IMG/VR virus record: IMGVR_UViG_3300027896_000058 | Coordinates: 1 to 52,608 of that record | DNA from: a virus | Lineage: Duplodnaviria; Caudoviricetes | Reading direction: 5' to 3' (one strand) | DNA length: 52,608 nt | In this document: positions 1-9,211 of the stretch, in pieces | Layout: each line of letters opens with the position of its first letter | Numbering within the stretch: position 1 is the first letter of the stretch | The notes under the pieces: generated by a model | The model's input: the letters and a program-made list of their open reading frames with translations, nothing else | Databases searched by the model: none | What the model was told of the DNA's origin: nothing | Translations under genes and position numbers: made by a program

Positions 1-207
1 GTCGGCCGGCAGGTCAGGGAAGTCAATCGTCTGCGGAACAGGTGCAACCCTATCCGAAGGTGGCGGGGTCTCCAAGGGAACCGGCGCAGGGGCAACAGGG
101 GCCGGAGCCACTGGAGCCGCAGGAGTTACAGGAGGAGGAGTGCTGAGCGGATGGTTCATTATCTTTGCCATCACGCCCTTGTTGAGATCACTTAACTGAT
201 TTGCCAT
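1..207 (-). CDS. 5' part of putative capsid scaffolding protein (Pro/Ala-rich N-terminus; runs off window start)
   Basis: ATG at 207 opens MANQLSDLNKGVMAKIMNHPLSTPPPVTPAAPVAPAP... with no stop to base 1. It lies downstream of the portal, and a Pro-rich frame resumes at the window end upstream of the capsid gene. Confidence 0.7.
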   Translation of the reverse strand, partial: MANQLSDLNKGVMAKIMNHPLSTPPPVTPAAPVAPAPVAPAPVPLETPPPSDRVAPVPQTIDFPDLPAD

Positions 208-577
208 TCTTTACCTTGCCTTTCTTGTCTTTCGTTTCTTCCTTCTTGCCGTTCAATTCTGCCTGTTCCTTTGCCATGATCGCCATCGCTCCGAAGTCCT
301 CGACAGGTTCTTCAAACACTGCCAGGTCTCCAGCATCTTGCAGGTTCGTGAGGATGTCGATGACCTCCCACTTGCCGAGCGCAATGCCGTAGAGTATAGG
401 AGCCGCGTGGTTGGGATCTACGTTTCCGAAACTGACCTTCTCGATACGAGGATCCGGCGGGCGCATGCAACTTGTCTTTGCAACGTCCATCAACGCCGCC
501 CATACGCCCGACCGAATCATCTTGCCGTACTCATCCATCAGCGCCCTGTTGCTGATGAATTCCTTGACCGTCATCAT
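188..577 (-). CDS. hypothetical protein between portal and scaffold
   Basis: 129-aa ORF with an AGGAG RBS, tightly packed in the head operon. Confidence 0.75.
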   Translation of the reverse strand: MMTVKEFISNRALMDEYGKMIRSGVWAALMDVAKTSCMRPPDPRIEKVSFGNVDPNHAAPILYGIALGKWEVIDILTNLQDAGDLAVFEEPVEDFGAMAIMAKEQAELNGKKEETKDKKGKVKNGKSVK

Positions 578-589
578 TCTTGATTCTCC

Positions 590-2914
590 TTATTGTTTCC
601 TGTTCTTGGACTGCATGTCGCGAAGCTTCTGGCTTGTGATGGCATCTTTTAAACCCATCATATGCTGTGTCTTAGCTTCCCTGATCTGCTGTTGATTCTG
701 TTCCTTCATGATCGACACCTTCATGTCTGAATCAATCTTCGCCAGCTTCACCTTGAGATCCGGATCTTCAGTGCCTTGCTGAGCCTGCTGGATGGCTTGC
801 TGTTGATCCTGCTGATCCTTCTGGCGTTGTTGCTGGATCTGCTGGAAGTCCCGAGCGATACGCATGTACACCTTTGCGAACTGGTGAAGCTCTTTGATGT
901 ACTCTTTGTACTCATTGGCCCGGGCCGGATCTTCCTTCATCGCGTCAATATGTTGCGAGAAGTGAGGCATAGCAACCTGCAATACAGGGAAGATCTTCTC
1001 TACTGGTTCGCCCTGTCCCTGCATGTATGCTTCGATCATCGGCTTGATAAGCTCGCTATGCGTAAGGCAATGGATAACGTGCATCTGATCCACGCCGACG
1101 ATAGAGTCCACGCCCATCTTGAAGAAGTTATTCTCCATGGTGGCAATGACATGCTCGTTCGTGGGGATCATGTTCCTGTTGGTGAAGGACAGATACTCCT
1201 CTGCCTTCTTGACTCCAACGCGAACCATGAGCCAGTCAAACATAGCGGCCTTCTTGCCTTTCTCGTCCATGTACGGAGCAAGGCTAAGAGTCTCGTTCGT
1301 TACCATGTGAGCATAGGCAGGAGATCCGTATCCAATGGCGCGTGTTGCTGTCACGTTCCAGTTGTCTACGTTCCTGAGAAGCTCCATCGGAATTCCGTCT
1401 TCCTTGCACCGGCTTATGAACTTCTCTCGCTCTTCGTATCCATCGCTTACCGTTGTCCAGTTCGGGCTAAGGATCCTGCGAACGATCTCTTTGTAGAGCT
1501 GATCAAGATGGATGTAATAGAGGTCGATCTCTGAATGTTCAAGCCGGTATTCCCGCATGAACTTCATCTTTGATTCACCGAGAGTCTGTGACTCCTTGGC
1601 GCCTGGAGCGTCGATCACTTCCGGCCTGTCAGTTCCTACGTTGTGAGACATGCCTCCATCAATGATCTGGGCCACTTCAATAAGGGGCTTTACGTTCGGG
1701 GACATGCCGTTCGGAACAGCAGTGAATCCTTTCTCGATTACGGTGAACGCTCCAACCCTCATCATCTTCATCTTGTTGATCGAGGAAGAGTCCGAGTCGC
1801 CTTGAAAGACCATCGAAGCGCCAAGCATAGCGCCATCAACAGCAGAGTTCTTCATCCTATTCGTCACGACACCGGACGCATAGATCTTCTGTCCAAGCCC
1901 CTTGACTGAATGGAACTCACCATCACCAACGTCAGACATGAAGAAGTTGATGAACCTCTGCATGTTCTGATAACGGTTCAGCTTCTTGTACAGGAACTCG
2001 TTGTCTGCTTCTTCCGAGGTGGCAATGTAATGGGAGATCTTGCCGTCATATTCTTTGACCATCAGGTGATGAACATAGATCGGATCACATACCCCGTAGG
2101 AGTAATAGTAATCGTTGTTCTTAATCATCTGCTGGACTTCTTCGTACTGCGAGGTGGAGTACTGTCCATCCTTCGGCTGGATCGTTCTGTTCGCACGAAG
2201 CAGGGAAAGCTTGATGAGATCAGTATCCCATCCATCCTTCTTCGATGCCGCTTCCTTCTCAGGTGTGGCTATACGTGCATACAGTTCATGCGCCCTGTAC
2301 TTGTGCTTGATGCAAACCATTTCGAGTGTGTCGATGGAAGCGTCAGCATCGTTAGGGACAAGGATAGATCCATGCTTCAGTCCTCTGAACTTCCAGGTTA
2401 TCTCGTCAGGGAAGTAGACAGGTCCGACTCCGAACTTGACCATCTCCGACTGGTGCAACTGCATGTTGAACATGAAGCCGTTCCATCCCCTAAGCATCTC
2501 ATCGAGTCGCGTAGAGAATAAACGGCCATAATCCATGTTCGTGTTCTGAGGATCAGTGACCTCAGATGCGACCTCAGCAAGACAAGGAACGTTGGTGAGC
2601 AGGGTATAATAGGAGGTTTTCCTCGCATCGATATGACCTTCGGCATCGCGGAAGTTGACGTTACTCCGATGACCCTGCCCGAGTCTCTTCAACTCATCGG
2701 GATCATACGGAGGGTTCCCGTCGATCAAGCCCTGAACCATCGCTCGTTTCTTTGCACGAACGTCGTCCATCTCACGCATCTTGTCGATTACGGAACGCGC
2801 TGCAACCATGTCCTTTATACGGGACTTTGGTGCATTGCCGTCAACATCCGTTGTCTGCAGTCCAACGATATTTATATTATGCTCGGCGTTAACCTTGTCT
2901 GCTGTGATCGTCAT
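590..2914 (-). CDS. portal (head-tail connector) protein
   Basis: 774 aa, between TerL and scaffold/MCP; helical body with a Gln-rich coiled-coil C-terminus typical of P22-like podophage portals. Confidence 0.8.
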   Translation of the reverse strand: MTITADKVNAEHNINIVGLQTTDVDGNAPKSRIKDMVAARSVIDKMREMDDVRAKKRAMVQGLIDGNPPYDPDELKRLGQGHRSNVNFRDAEGHIDARKTSYYTLLTNVPCLAEVASEVTDPQNTNMDYGRLFSTRLDEMLRGWNGFMFNMQLHQSEMVKFGVGPVYFPDEITWKFRGLKHGSILVPNDADASIDTLEMVCIKHKYRAHELYARIATPEKEAASKKDGWDTDLIKLSLLRANRTIQPKDGQYSTSQYEEVQQMIKNNDYYYSYGVCDPIYVHHLMVKEYDGKISHYIATSEEADNEFLYKKLNRYQNMQRFINFFMSDVGDGEFHSVKGLGQKIYASGVVTNRMKNSAVDGAMLGASMVFQGDSDSSSINKMKMMRVGAFTVIEKGFTAVPNGMSPNVKPLIEVAQIIDGGMSHNVGTDRPEVIDAPGAKESQTLGESKMKFMREYRLEHSEIDLYYIHLDQLYKEIVRRILSPNWTTVSDGYEEREKFISRCKEDGIPMELLRNVDNWNVTATRAIGYGSPAYAHMVTNETLSLAPYMDEKGKKAAMFDWLMVRVGVKKAEEYLSFTNRNMIPTNEHVIATMENNFFKMGVDSIVGVDQMHVIHCLTHSELIKPMIEAYMQGQGEPVEKIFPVLQVAMPHFSQHIDAMKEDPARANEYKEYIKELHQFAKVYMRIARDFQQIQQQRQKDQQDQQQAIQQAQQGTEDPDLKVKLAKIDSDMKVSIMKEQNQQQIREAKTQHMMGLKDAITSQKLRDMQSKNRKQ

Positions 2915-3370
2915 TTAGAATGCTTCTTTCTTTTTCCCGCCTTGGGCGTCGATGGCATCCATTACCAACTTCTTCCTCAACTCGCGTGTTGCGCCGAAGG
3001 GGAACTTGATCTTGATGTCATGGACTCTCATTAATTCCTTCAACTCTTTCGCCTCACTGATGTCTGCCTGCTGAGCCTTCGTGCCTATCTTCGCCTCTGC
3101 GTTTGGCTCCGACTTCTCTGCCGAGGATCCTTCGATCATGCGCCTGACGATACCGGCTATCTGCATGGGCTTGCGCGCCATGTCTGCCTGGAGATCGTCG
3201 ATTGCTGATTCAAACGTCTTGCCCTTACCTGAAGCAGATGTCGCCCAGATGCGACCATCCCTGTCTGCTGTCTCTGACTGCACGAGTACTATCGTTTCTG
3301 CGTCGCTCTCCATGATTGTGACCATGAGAGGAATCTTGAGGTTCGATACTTTGTTGCCGTTCTTTGCCAT
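2915..3370 (-). CDS. hypothetical protein
   Basis: Stop abuts the portal ATG; likely start MAKNG just after the upstream stop; ends KKEAF. Confidence 0.65.
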   Translation of the reverse strand: MAKNGNKVSNLKIPLMVTIMESDAETIVLVQSETADRDGRIWATSASGKGKTFESAIDDLQADMARKPMQIAGIVRRMIEGSSAEKSEPNAEAKIGTKAQQADISEAKELKELMRVHDIKIKFPFGATRELRKKLVMDAIDAQGGKKKEAF

Positions 3371-3372
3371 TG

Positions 3373-3957
3373 TTATTGCCCTTTCAACCAGCACTTATCG
3401 GGACACTTTGACAAGGCGGCCCCCAACACCTTCGATAGAACTTCTATCTCTGTGAACACCGCGAACTCGTTCATGATCCCTGTGCTTGAACACGCCTGCA
3501 GGTCAGCACTCTGCGGAACAGAACAGCCGGCCATCATCTCCGCCTTGATTGCCCTGACACCACGGCAGGATGAACAGCCAGTAAAAGAAACGTTGTTGGC
3601 GCATGACACGCAGATCTTTGCGCGCCGGATAGCCTCTGTCTTCGATACCTTGGCTCGATCCTTGCCGGCCTTGTAGACTGCAATGGTCCGGTTGACCGTG
3701 TTCGCTGCGAACATATGAGGCCCGCCGGAGAGCCTTGCATTCTCGTCCTCGCAGATCCCGTAAGGCATCTTGGTGCAAAGCCAGTCCTCTACGATGACGG
3801 CCATGTCCTTGACGTCGAGCTTGTTCGCGGATCTGTGAGCAATGACAGCCTTCACAAGATCGCCCATGTTCATCGCATTGAAGTGAAAGCCTGTGTCTTT
3901 GTCTGTGTAGTGGAACGATCCTGGAGGAGCCGTGTTCGTCTTTATTAACTTGAGCAT
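3373..3957 (-). CDS. Cys-rich hypothetical protein (probable metal-binding)
   Basis: 194 aa with CxxC pairs (CVSC, CSSC) and terminal CPDKCW. Confidence 0.7.
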   Translation of the reverse strand: MLKLIKTNTAPPGSFHYTDKDTGFHFNAMNMGDLVKAVIAHRSANKLDVKDMAVIVEDWLCTKMPYGICEDENARLSGGPHMFAANTVNRTIAVYKAGKDRAKVSKTEAIRRAKICVSCANNVSFTGCSSCRGVRAIKAEMMAGCSVPQSADLQACSSTGIMNEFAVFTEIEVLSKVLGAALSKCPDKCWLKGQ

Positions 3958-4478
3958 TTCAATTTCTCCAAAGCCGAAACAACAAGTTTCAATTCTGCAA
4001 GACTGGCATTATTTTTTATAGTATTCGCCTTGTATGATATGACCCAAATGTTGTCCTTGGTGTATCCCTTTTTGTTATCTATTCTGTCTATTGTAGGAGA
4101 TCCATCATGTGGCTTTCCTGTGCCAACAGATATAGGTATTCCCAGAACAGGGCAAAAAAGAGGAATGATTATGTCGGAAAGCTCTATGTCTATATCAAGC
4201 CAATTAGCCTTTGCTCTTACTTTTGCATGATGAAGCATCTTAAATTCTGGATGTTCAGCATGCCTTTTTTTCTTGTATGCAACTATATCAGGCCTTCTAT
4301 GAAAATCTTTTGGTCTATGAGCCTTTGAGTAATCATACCCACATGATCTGCACCATCTGTTTAGTTTATCTTTCTTACTATTATCGACAGAGAAAAAAGA
4401 AACATGAAGAGTGGCTTTGCATCTCTTGCAGATTTTATATCCAGGCGGTGCGGTATTTGGTTTGATTAGCTTCAACAT
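3945..4478 (-). CDS. free-standing HNH homing endonuclease
   Basis: CKRC...WCRSC zinc finger, CPVLG and PTIDRIDNKKGYTKDNIWVISYKANTIK HNH-like core; visibly more AT-rich than its flanks. Confidence 0.85.
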   Translation of the reverse strand: MLKLIKPNTAPPGYKICKRCKATLHVSFFSVDNSKKDKLNRWCRSCGYDYSKAHRPKDFHRRPDIVAYKKKRHAEHPEFKMLHHAKVRAKANWLDIDIELSDIIIPLFCPVLGIPISVGTGKPHDGSPTIDRIDNKKGYTKDNIWVISYKANTIKNNASLAELKLVVSALEKLKCSS

Positions 4479-4494
4479 GGCCTATATGTTCCCA

Positions 4495-6207
4495 TTAAAA
4501 TATTGAGTCGGTCAAGTAGCTTTTGTCCGACGAGTCAACGTCATACATCTGCAACTCTTCATCAGATGTACCGGATTCCCTCATGTCTCGGGTCGTGAAC
4601 CTTGAACCCGGGATAGTTCCAAACCTCCTTCTTGCAACCTCAAGAACCATCGTTGCCGCGTCAGCCTTGTTCGGACTGGCGCCCGTCCTCATCCTCATCT
4701 CATGCTTCGTTTCAACGCAGATCTTCTGCTTTGAATTGTCCATCATCCTCGACACGAACTCGACAATGGTATCATCATCTATCCCGAAGATCTGGCCATG
4801 GATAGCAAACTTCCTCATCGAATACCAAAGCTCAGTGATCTTGTTCTGATAGATGTCACATCCCCTGCGCTCATCATTGTCCTCAACCTTGAAGTCTGAA
4901 GCCGCGCCGCCGCACTGGATTCGAAGGATCTGCGAGTTCCATTCGTGCTCAAGGATAGAGGCAAAGGCTGTCTGCGTGCCTGAGCAATCGAGGCCCAGGT
5001 TCTGAGGCGTGACATGGTACTTGCCGCAAAGGTCAATGATCTGCCTTGCGAGATCGTACTCAAGGGTAGTGCCAGCCGATACCTTGAGCCGGATGTTTAT
5101 CGCAGGGGAGAAGTAGATCCCAACGAGTCCAGACCGGAGGATCCCGACCTTCGCGTGCTGCATGATTGCCGCATCTCCACCGGTTGTGAAGGCCGGATCG
5201 ACTGCCGCTATGTCTACCTGCGCTCCTGACCAGACTGGTTTCTCCTGCATCTTGTGTTGGACTGCGAAGCTTTCGGAGAAGATTGATTGGGATACACCGT
5301 CAGGGCAAACGAATCCTATACGCTGACTCCAGAATCTCGGGCTATCTTCTCCTGGATCTTTTCGCATCGCATCAATTTGCGAAGTGTTAAGCATGAAGAA
5401 GAAACGTTCGGGGTCATCGACTCCAGGACTTTTTCTACCGTCAAAGAACAGGGTCTTGCCCTTTTCAGTTTCCCATTCTTCATCCTCTGTGGAAATAGAA
5501 TCCCATCCATGCTTGGGTTTACTCGCACGCCCAAGCGGGTCCATTCGAGAGACTGGGTTTCCCATGCCAAGGAATTTTGCTTCCTTACCTGTTGACAAGT
5601 TATCAAACGCTTCGACCGCGGCTTGCCGTGTGGCTTGCATCTCGTCAATGATAAGACAGTTGTAAGTGTTATGCACACCGACGATGTTTCCGACTGCTTC
5701 TTCAACGGTTCCTTTCTGAACAGCAATACCGAAGATTCCGTTACGACTGTTCTCATCGCCAAGGATGATGGCAAACTTGGTTGCGTAATGGATCCCGGGA
5801 AAGCCAGGAACCATACGATGATACTTCAAGATGTCATTCCAGATGCGGCGTTCCAGCATCTTTCCCGTAGTTGAGCAGATCGTGATAGAAGTCTCTGATG
5901 GCGCACTGAGCCAATGTACCAGAGCAATGACAGCCGCATCTGCGGACTTGCCCACGCTCGACGGCCCCCACCATGTCTGGAAATCGTAGGCACACCAAGC
6001 CTTTACCCGCCTCACCGTCCACTTGCTTATGATGTGACCCTTGCCCCCGTTCGGCATCTTCTCCGGCCAGAGTGCCTCGATCACGTTCATCATGTGCTTC
6101 CATTTGGGAGTCTCCTTGTCGGTGAGGTTATAGTTGCGGTAGCACCAAAGGCTTATCGTATGCGGGTGAGTGTCGTCAGGGAAGTTGGTTCCATGGGCCT
6201 TGATCAT
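4495..6207 (-). CDS. terL: terminase large subunit
   Basis: Walker A GPSSVGKS, Walker B CLIIDE, coupling motif GMGNP, RNase H-like AAVDPA and C-terminal SPNKADA. Confidence 0.9.
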   Translation of the reverse strand: MIKAHGTNFPDDTHPHTISLWCYRNYNLTDKETPKWKHMMNVIEALWPEKMPNGGKGHIISKWTVRRVKAWCAYDFQTWWGPSSVGKSADAAVIALVHWLSAPSETSITICSTTGKMLERRIWNDILKYHRMVPGFPGIHYATKFAIILGDENSRNGIFGIAVQKGTVEEAVGNIVGVHNTYNCLIIDEMQATRQAAVEAFDNLSTGKEAKFLGMGNPVSRMDPLGRASKPKHGWDSISTEDEEWETEKGKTLFFDGRKSPGVDDPERFFFMLNTSQIDAMRKDPGEDSPRFWSQRIGFVCPDGVSQSIFSESFAVQHKMQEKPVWSGAQVDIAAVDPAFTTGGDAAIMQHAKVGILRSGLVGIYFSPAINIRLKVSAGTTLEYDLARQIIDLCGKYHVTPQNLGLDCSGTQTAFASILEHEWNSQILRIQCGGAASDFKVEDNDERRGCDIYQNKITELWYSMRKFAIHGQIFGIDDDTIVEFVSRMMDNSKQKICVETKHEMRMRTGASPNKADAATMVLEVARRRFGTIPGSRFTTRDMRESGTSDEELQMYDVDSSDKSYLTDSIF

Positions 6208-6473
6208 AATCCGAACTTCCTCTCAAGACAACTCTCCATGAAGCTCTGAGCCCCTGCAACGGCCAGAATGAGCAAAGGGATATCAAGGCCTGCCTTGAGC
6301 ATAATAATCGTTCCTAGAGCCATCCAGACCCCTGTACAGTGCGGACAAGAGAGGAGCGCTGTGTACCTCAGAGAGAGCGCGCGCACCCTACTCATTGCTG
6401 AGAAAGGCCCCTCGTCGGTACACAGCAAGATAGTCAGCCTGTAGCAAGCAAGCGAACATATCAAAACATCCAT
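6204..6473 (-). CDS. DUF1360-like small membrane protein
   Basis: LACYRLTILL..D.GPF...LLSCPHCTGVW pattern; GGGGGAG RBS before the ATG at 6473. Confidence 0.7.
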   Translation of the reverse strand: MDVLICSLACYRLTILLCTDEGPFSAMSRVRALSLRYTALLSCPHCTGVWMALGTIIMLKAGLDIPLLILAVAGAQSFMESCLERKFGL

Positions 6474-6481
6474 GACTCCCC

Positions 6482-6583
6482 CTACCTGTCTATGCAGATC
6501 ATCCCAAGCACAAGCGAGAATGCCATCCCCATCACAAACCCCCAGATGAATATCTCGATAGGAGGCAATGAAAGTATAAACAT
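6482..6583 (-). CDS. small hydrophobic peptide (33 aa)
   Basis: Own translation MFILSLPPIEIFIWGFVMGMAFSLVLGMICIDR; fills the gap between neighbours. Confidence 0.45.
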   Translation of the reverse strand: MFILSLPPIEIFIWGFVMGMAFSLVLGMICIDR

Positions 6584-6586
6584 AGA

Positions 6587-7156
6587 TCACCCAGGAAACT
6601 TGACCGTGTTCTCACCACTCACATCACCGACCTGCTCAGGCTTGCTCATCCCCTCGATCTGTATATTCTGAGCCATTGCCCTGTTCTGTATATCGCACAT
6701 CCCGCAGTGCTGCATACTCCCAACCTTGGGTTGCTTGTCCTCAGGGATCTTCAACCACTCCTGTTCAGTCAACTGGATCGTGTGACCACACATCAACTGC
6801 AGGGTCATACTCTTCCGCTGGGGATGCTTGATAATATGCACAAGCTTCCTGAATGCCGTCTGGATACCGAGCTCCTCGTTGCGAGCCTGAGCACTTGCCT
6901 GCTTCTCGTGATGCTCTGCAAACTCATCTACCCAATGAGCCGACACGTCCAGGAACATCTGGTCATCAATCTCTTCCCATCCTTCAGCGTGCTTCTCCTC
7001 ACTGCCAACTGCGCGGAGAGCAGGTAAGCTTCCTCGGATATTCACCTCTCCAATCAACGTGTCCCCGAACACCTTCGTCGTAAGCCGACCGGCAACGAAC
7101 ATCACCATTGCCTGAGATCCCTTGAACCCGTAACACTTGCCTGCTTCAAACTTCAT
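6587..7156 (-). CDS. hypothetical protein with C-terminal zinc-ribbon-like motif
   Basis: GAGGGG RBS before MKFEAG; CGH...CGMC. Confidence 0.65.
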   Translation of the reverse strand: MKFEAGKCYGFKGSQAMVMFVAGRLTTKVFGDTLIGEVNIRGSLPALRAVGSEEKHAEGWEEIDDQMFLDVSAHWVDEFAEHHEKQASAQARNEELGIQTAFRKLVHIIKHPQRKSMTLQLMCGHTIQLTEQEWLKIPEDKQPKVGSMQHCGMCDIQNRAMAQNIQIEGMSKPEQVGDVSGENTVKFPG

Positions 7157-7172
7157 TGCCGTTCCCCTCCCT

Positions 7173-7370
7173 TTACTTCTTGCTTCCAAACCGAGCCTTA
7201 ACCGCTTCCGCTACCATGTCCCTCTGCCTGCCTACCTTCACCCCAAGCTTCTGCATCCCCTTCAACCTCTCCATCGCCATAGGATCATACTTCACCCCAA
7301 CCTTAACCACCGGCTTCTCCTGATCCACCTCAGGGAAGTCCACATCCACATCTACCTTGCCTTTTCCCAT
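7173..7370 (-). CDS. small hypothetical protein (possible DNA-binding)
   Basis: AAGGA RBS before MGKGKV; 65 aa, basic helical C-terminus. Confidence 0.55.
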   Translation of the reverse strand: MGKGKVDVDVDFPEVDQEKPVVKVGVKYDPMAMERLKGMQKLGVKVGRQRDMVAEAVKARFGSKK

Positions 7371-7519
7371 ATTGTCCTTTCCGTACACCCGCAAAACGAA
7401 AGTGAGCCCAGACACGAACACCCGTTCGCCGGACTCACTTCCTTCGTACTGCGGACATGTACACCATCCATTCCTCAATGTTGTTGAGATACAGTACCTC
7501 TTACCAATGCCGACACACT

Positions 7520-7550
7520 ACACCATTCCACGAGGGATGTCAAATCCCCG
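7520..7550 (-). promoter_or_regulatory. putative leftward promoter for the packaging operon
   Basis: Minus-strand TTGACA inside a GGGAT...ATCCC inverted repeat, upstream of the leftward genes; the -10 is weak. Confidence 0.4.
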
Positions 7551-7933
7551 ACACGGACGGACAAATTCAACACGGAATAATTCATTTTGTCCACCGCGTG
7601 ACAAACCTATAATTTCATTGGGGTTTTTGGAAAATTACCAGAGGGAAGCGAAGTCACTGCGAAACCACTTTTCGCTTTCAGCGAAGCCGGTTTTAGCACC
7701 TTTAGTTTTTTAGAGATTTATAATATGAAGCTCGTGGATATATTGATCTATGTGGTGGGTCTTCCCTGTGTGGCTACTGACCCTCCCGGTAGGGTGGGGT
7801 GGGTGGATCGTGTGGGGATAAGCATCCTTTTAATTCCTGCCTTGTGCGTGTGTACCCGCACTCACTACGCTCGTGCTACGTTCTCTGCATCGTGTCCACT
7901 CACACACACTCTACACTAGCACACACGCACATA

Positions 7934-7968
7934 TGCACTCACTTCATATCCCAAGTCTTATGTTCTTT
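7934..7968 (+). repeat. 35-bp imperfect direct repeat, copy 1
   Basis: tgcactcacttcatatcccaagtcttatgttcttt matches 10400-10434 at 32/35. Confidence 0.85.
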
Positions 7969-8029
7969 CTCTTACATCTTCTTTCGGAGATGGGAGCAAG
8001 AGCTAACGCAGTAACTAGGAGTCCAACAC

Positions 8030-8278
8030 ATGAACAACGATACAACCAACACCCAGGACGAACGCGTGCTCTTGATGACAGGCGCACCTGTCGAGTACAA
8101 GACCAAGGCTGGCAAGCCGGGAGTCATCTTCCCGATGTCGTTCAACATCGATGAGCTGATCAAGCTCAAAGGGTCAGGCATGAGCGTAATCGCTCAGGTT
8201 TGCGCGGACGGTAAGTTGAGAATCAACGCTCAGCCAACACGTCAGCGGACAGCAAGTAAGTTCACGTCTGTAGCGTGA
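8030..8278 (+). CDS. hypothetical protein (82 aa)
   Basis: AGGAG RBS; followed by a terminator. Confidence 0.75.
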   Translation: MNNDTTNTQDERVLLMTGAPVEYKTKAGKPGVIFPMSFNIDELIKLKGSGMSVIAQVCADGKLRINAQPTRQRTASKFTSVA

Positions 8279-8285
8279 GAAATCA

Positions 8286-8317
8286 GGGGAGGGAGCACGT
8301 GCTCTCTCCCTTTTTTT
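8286..8317 (+). terminator. intrinsic terminator
   Basis: GGGAGGGAGC-acgt-GCTCTCTCCC followed by T7. Confidence 0.85.
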
Positions 8318-8400
8318 GTGAAGGAAATGTGATACCCCTGCTAACTGACGCAGTGGCATTGCGAGCGTATTGGCGTTGCGATTAACTCGGAGGATGTGCG

Positions 8401-8568
8401 ATGAGAACGATTAAGTGGCTGGCTGAGAAGGCGGATGCGAGTGTGGAGGATGTGGTTTGTTACATAACGGCGTTGTGTGTAGGGATACTGAGTGTCTTGT
8501 GTGCGTACGTACTAGGTATGCTTACATGTGACAGTGTATTGGAGTGGATGATGAAGCGTATGGGCTGA
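8401..8568 (+). CDS. small membrane protein (55 aa)
   Basis: GGAGG RBS; MRTIKWLAEKADASVEDVVCYITALCVGILSVLCAYVLGML... with one hydrophobic segment. Confidence 0.6.
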   Translation: MRTIKWLAEKADASVEDVVCYITALCVGILSVLCAYVLGMLTCDSVLEWMMKRMG

Positions 8569-8625
8569 CGCCCTATTGTTTGGGATGATGGTATACTCCC
8601 GCTTGATGCGGGAAGGGAGGATAGT

Positions 8626-8814
8626 ATGTGGACAGACATCATGTTCAGGACATTGCGAGTGATGAGTTTGACTCCGCGCATGAGTGTGGAGCAAGGCAGG
8701 CTGGCAATGCTTGAGTACGAGAGTAGAGGTGAGCTTGAGTGTGCGGTGGTAGTGCTCAAAGCTCAAGGGTATCGAGTTGAGGATCTGGGCAATGCACTGG
8801 AGGTGAGGGTATGA
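8626..8814 (+). CDS. hypothetical protein
   Basis: GGAGG RBS; ATGA overlap with the next gene. Confidence 0.65.
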   Translation: MWTDIMFRTLRVMSLTPRMSVEQGRLAMLEYESRGELECAVVVLKAQGYRVEDLGNALEVRV

Positions 8815-9071
8815 AGTTGTACAAGATTATGCAGCATGAGAACAATGGTCACGACACATACGATTCTGCTGTTGTGATAGCTGAGTCGATGGAGGAAGCG
8901 TGCAACATGCACCCTGATGTAGTTGACTACGATGATCCGACAAGAGATCCGTGGAAGTCGTGGCCTCACTGCTGGGCATCAAGTCCTAAGCATGTGACCG
9001 TTCTTTATTTGGGCGAAGCAGATATAGGGCTCAAGAAAGGGTTCGTGCTGAAGTCGTTCAACGCAGGTTGA
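8811..9071 (+). CDS. hypothetical phage protein
   Basis: 86 aa, MKLYKI...YDSAVVIAES...SFNAG; GAGGTGAGG RBS. Confidence 0.75.
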   Translation: MKLYKIMQHENNGHDTYDSAVVIAESMEEACNMHPDVVDYDDPTRDPWKSWPHCWASSPKHVTVLYLGEADIGLKKGFVLKSFNAG

Positions 9072-9077
9072 AACAGA

Positions 9078-9110
9078 GGGAGATGGGCAAGTGCCTGTCT
9101 CCCTTTTTTT
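9078..9110 (+). terminator. intrinsic terminator
   Basis: GGGAGATGGGC-aagt-GCCTGTCTCCC followed by a T-run. Confidence 0.85.
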
Positions 9111-9211
9111 GTGATCATGCTACAGAACCTCTAAATGGCTCTAGGATCGATTATCTCTCTCGAACCATGTCTTCGTACAGGTCAGGGGGAGATTGTCAAT
9201 TCTAGGGGCAA

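Noticed and set aside
776-2521. Long + strand ORFs opposite the portal (similar ones lie opposite other large genes)
   Set aside because: Antisense shadows of biased codon usage; no RBS or recognisable motifs.
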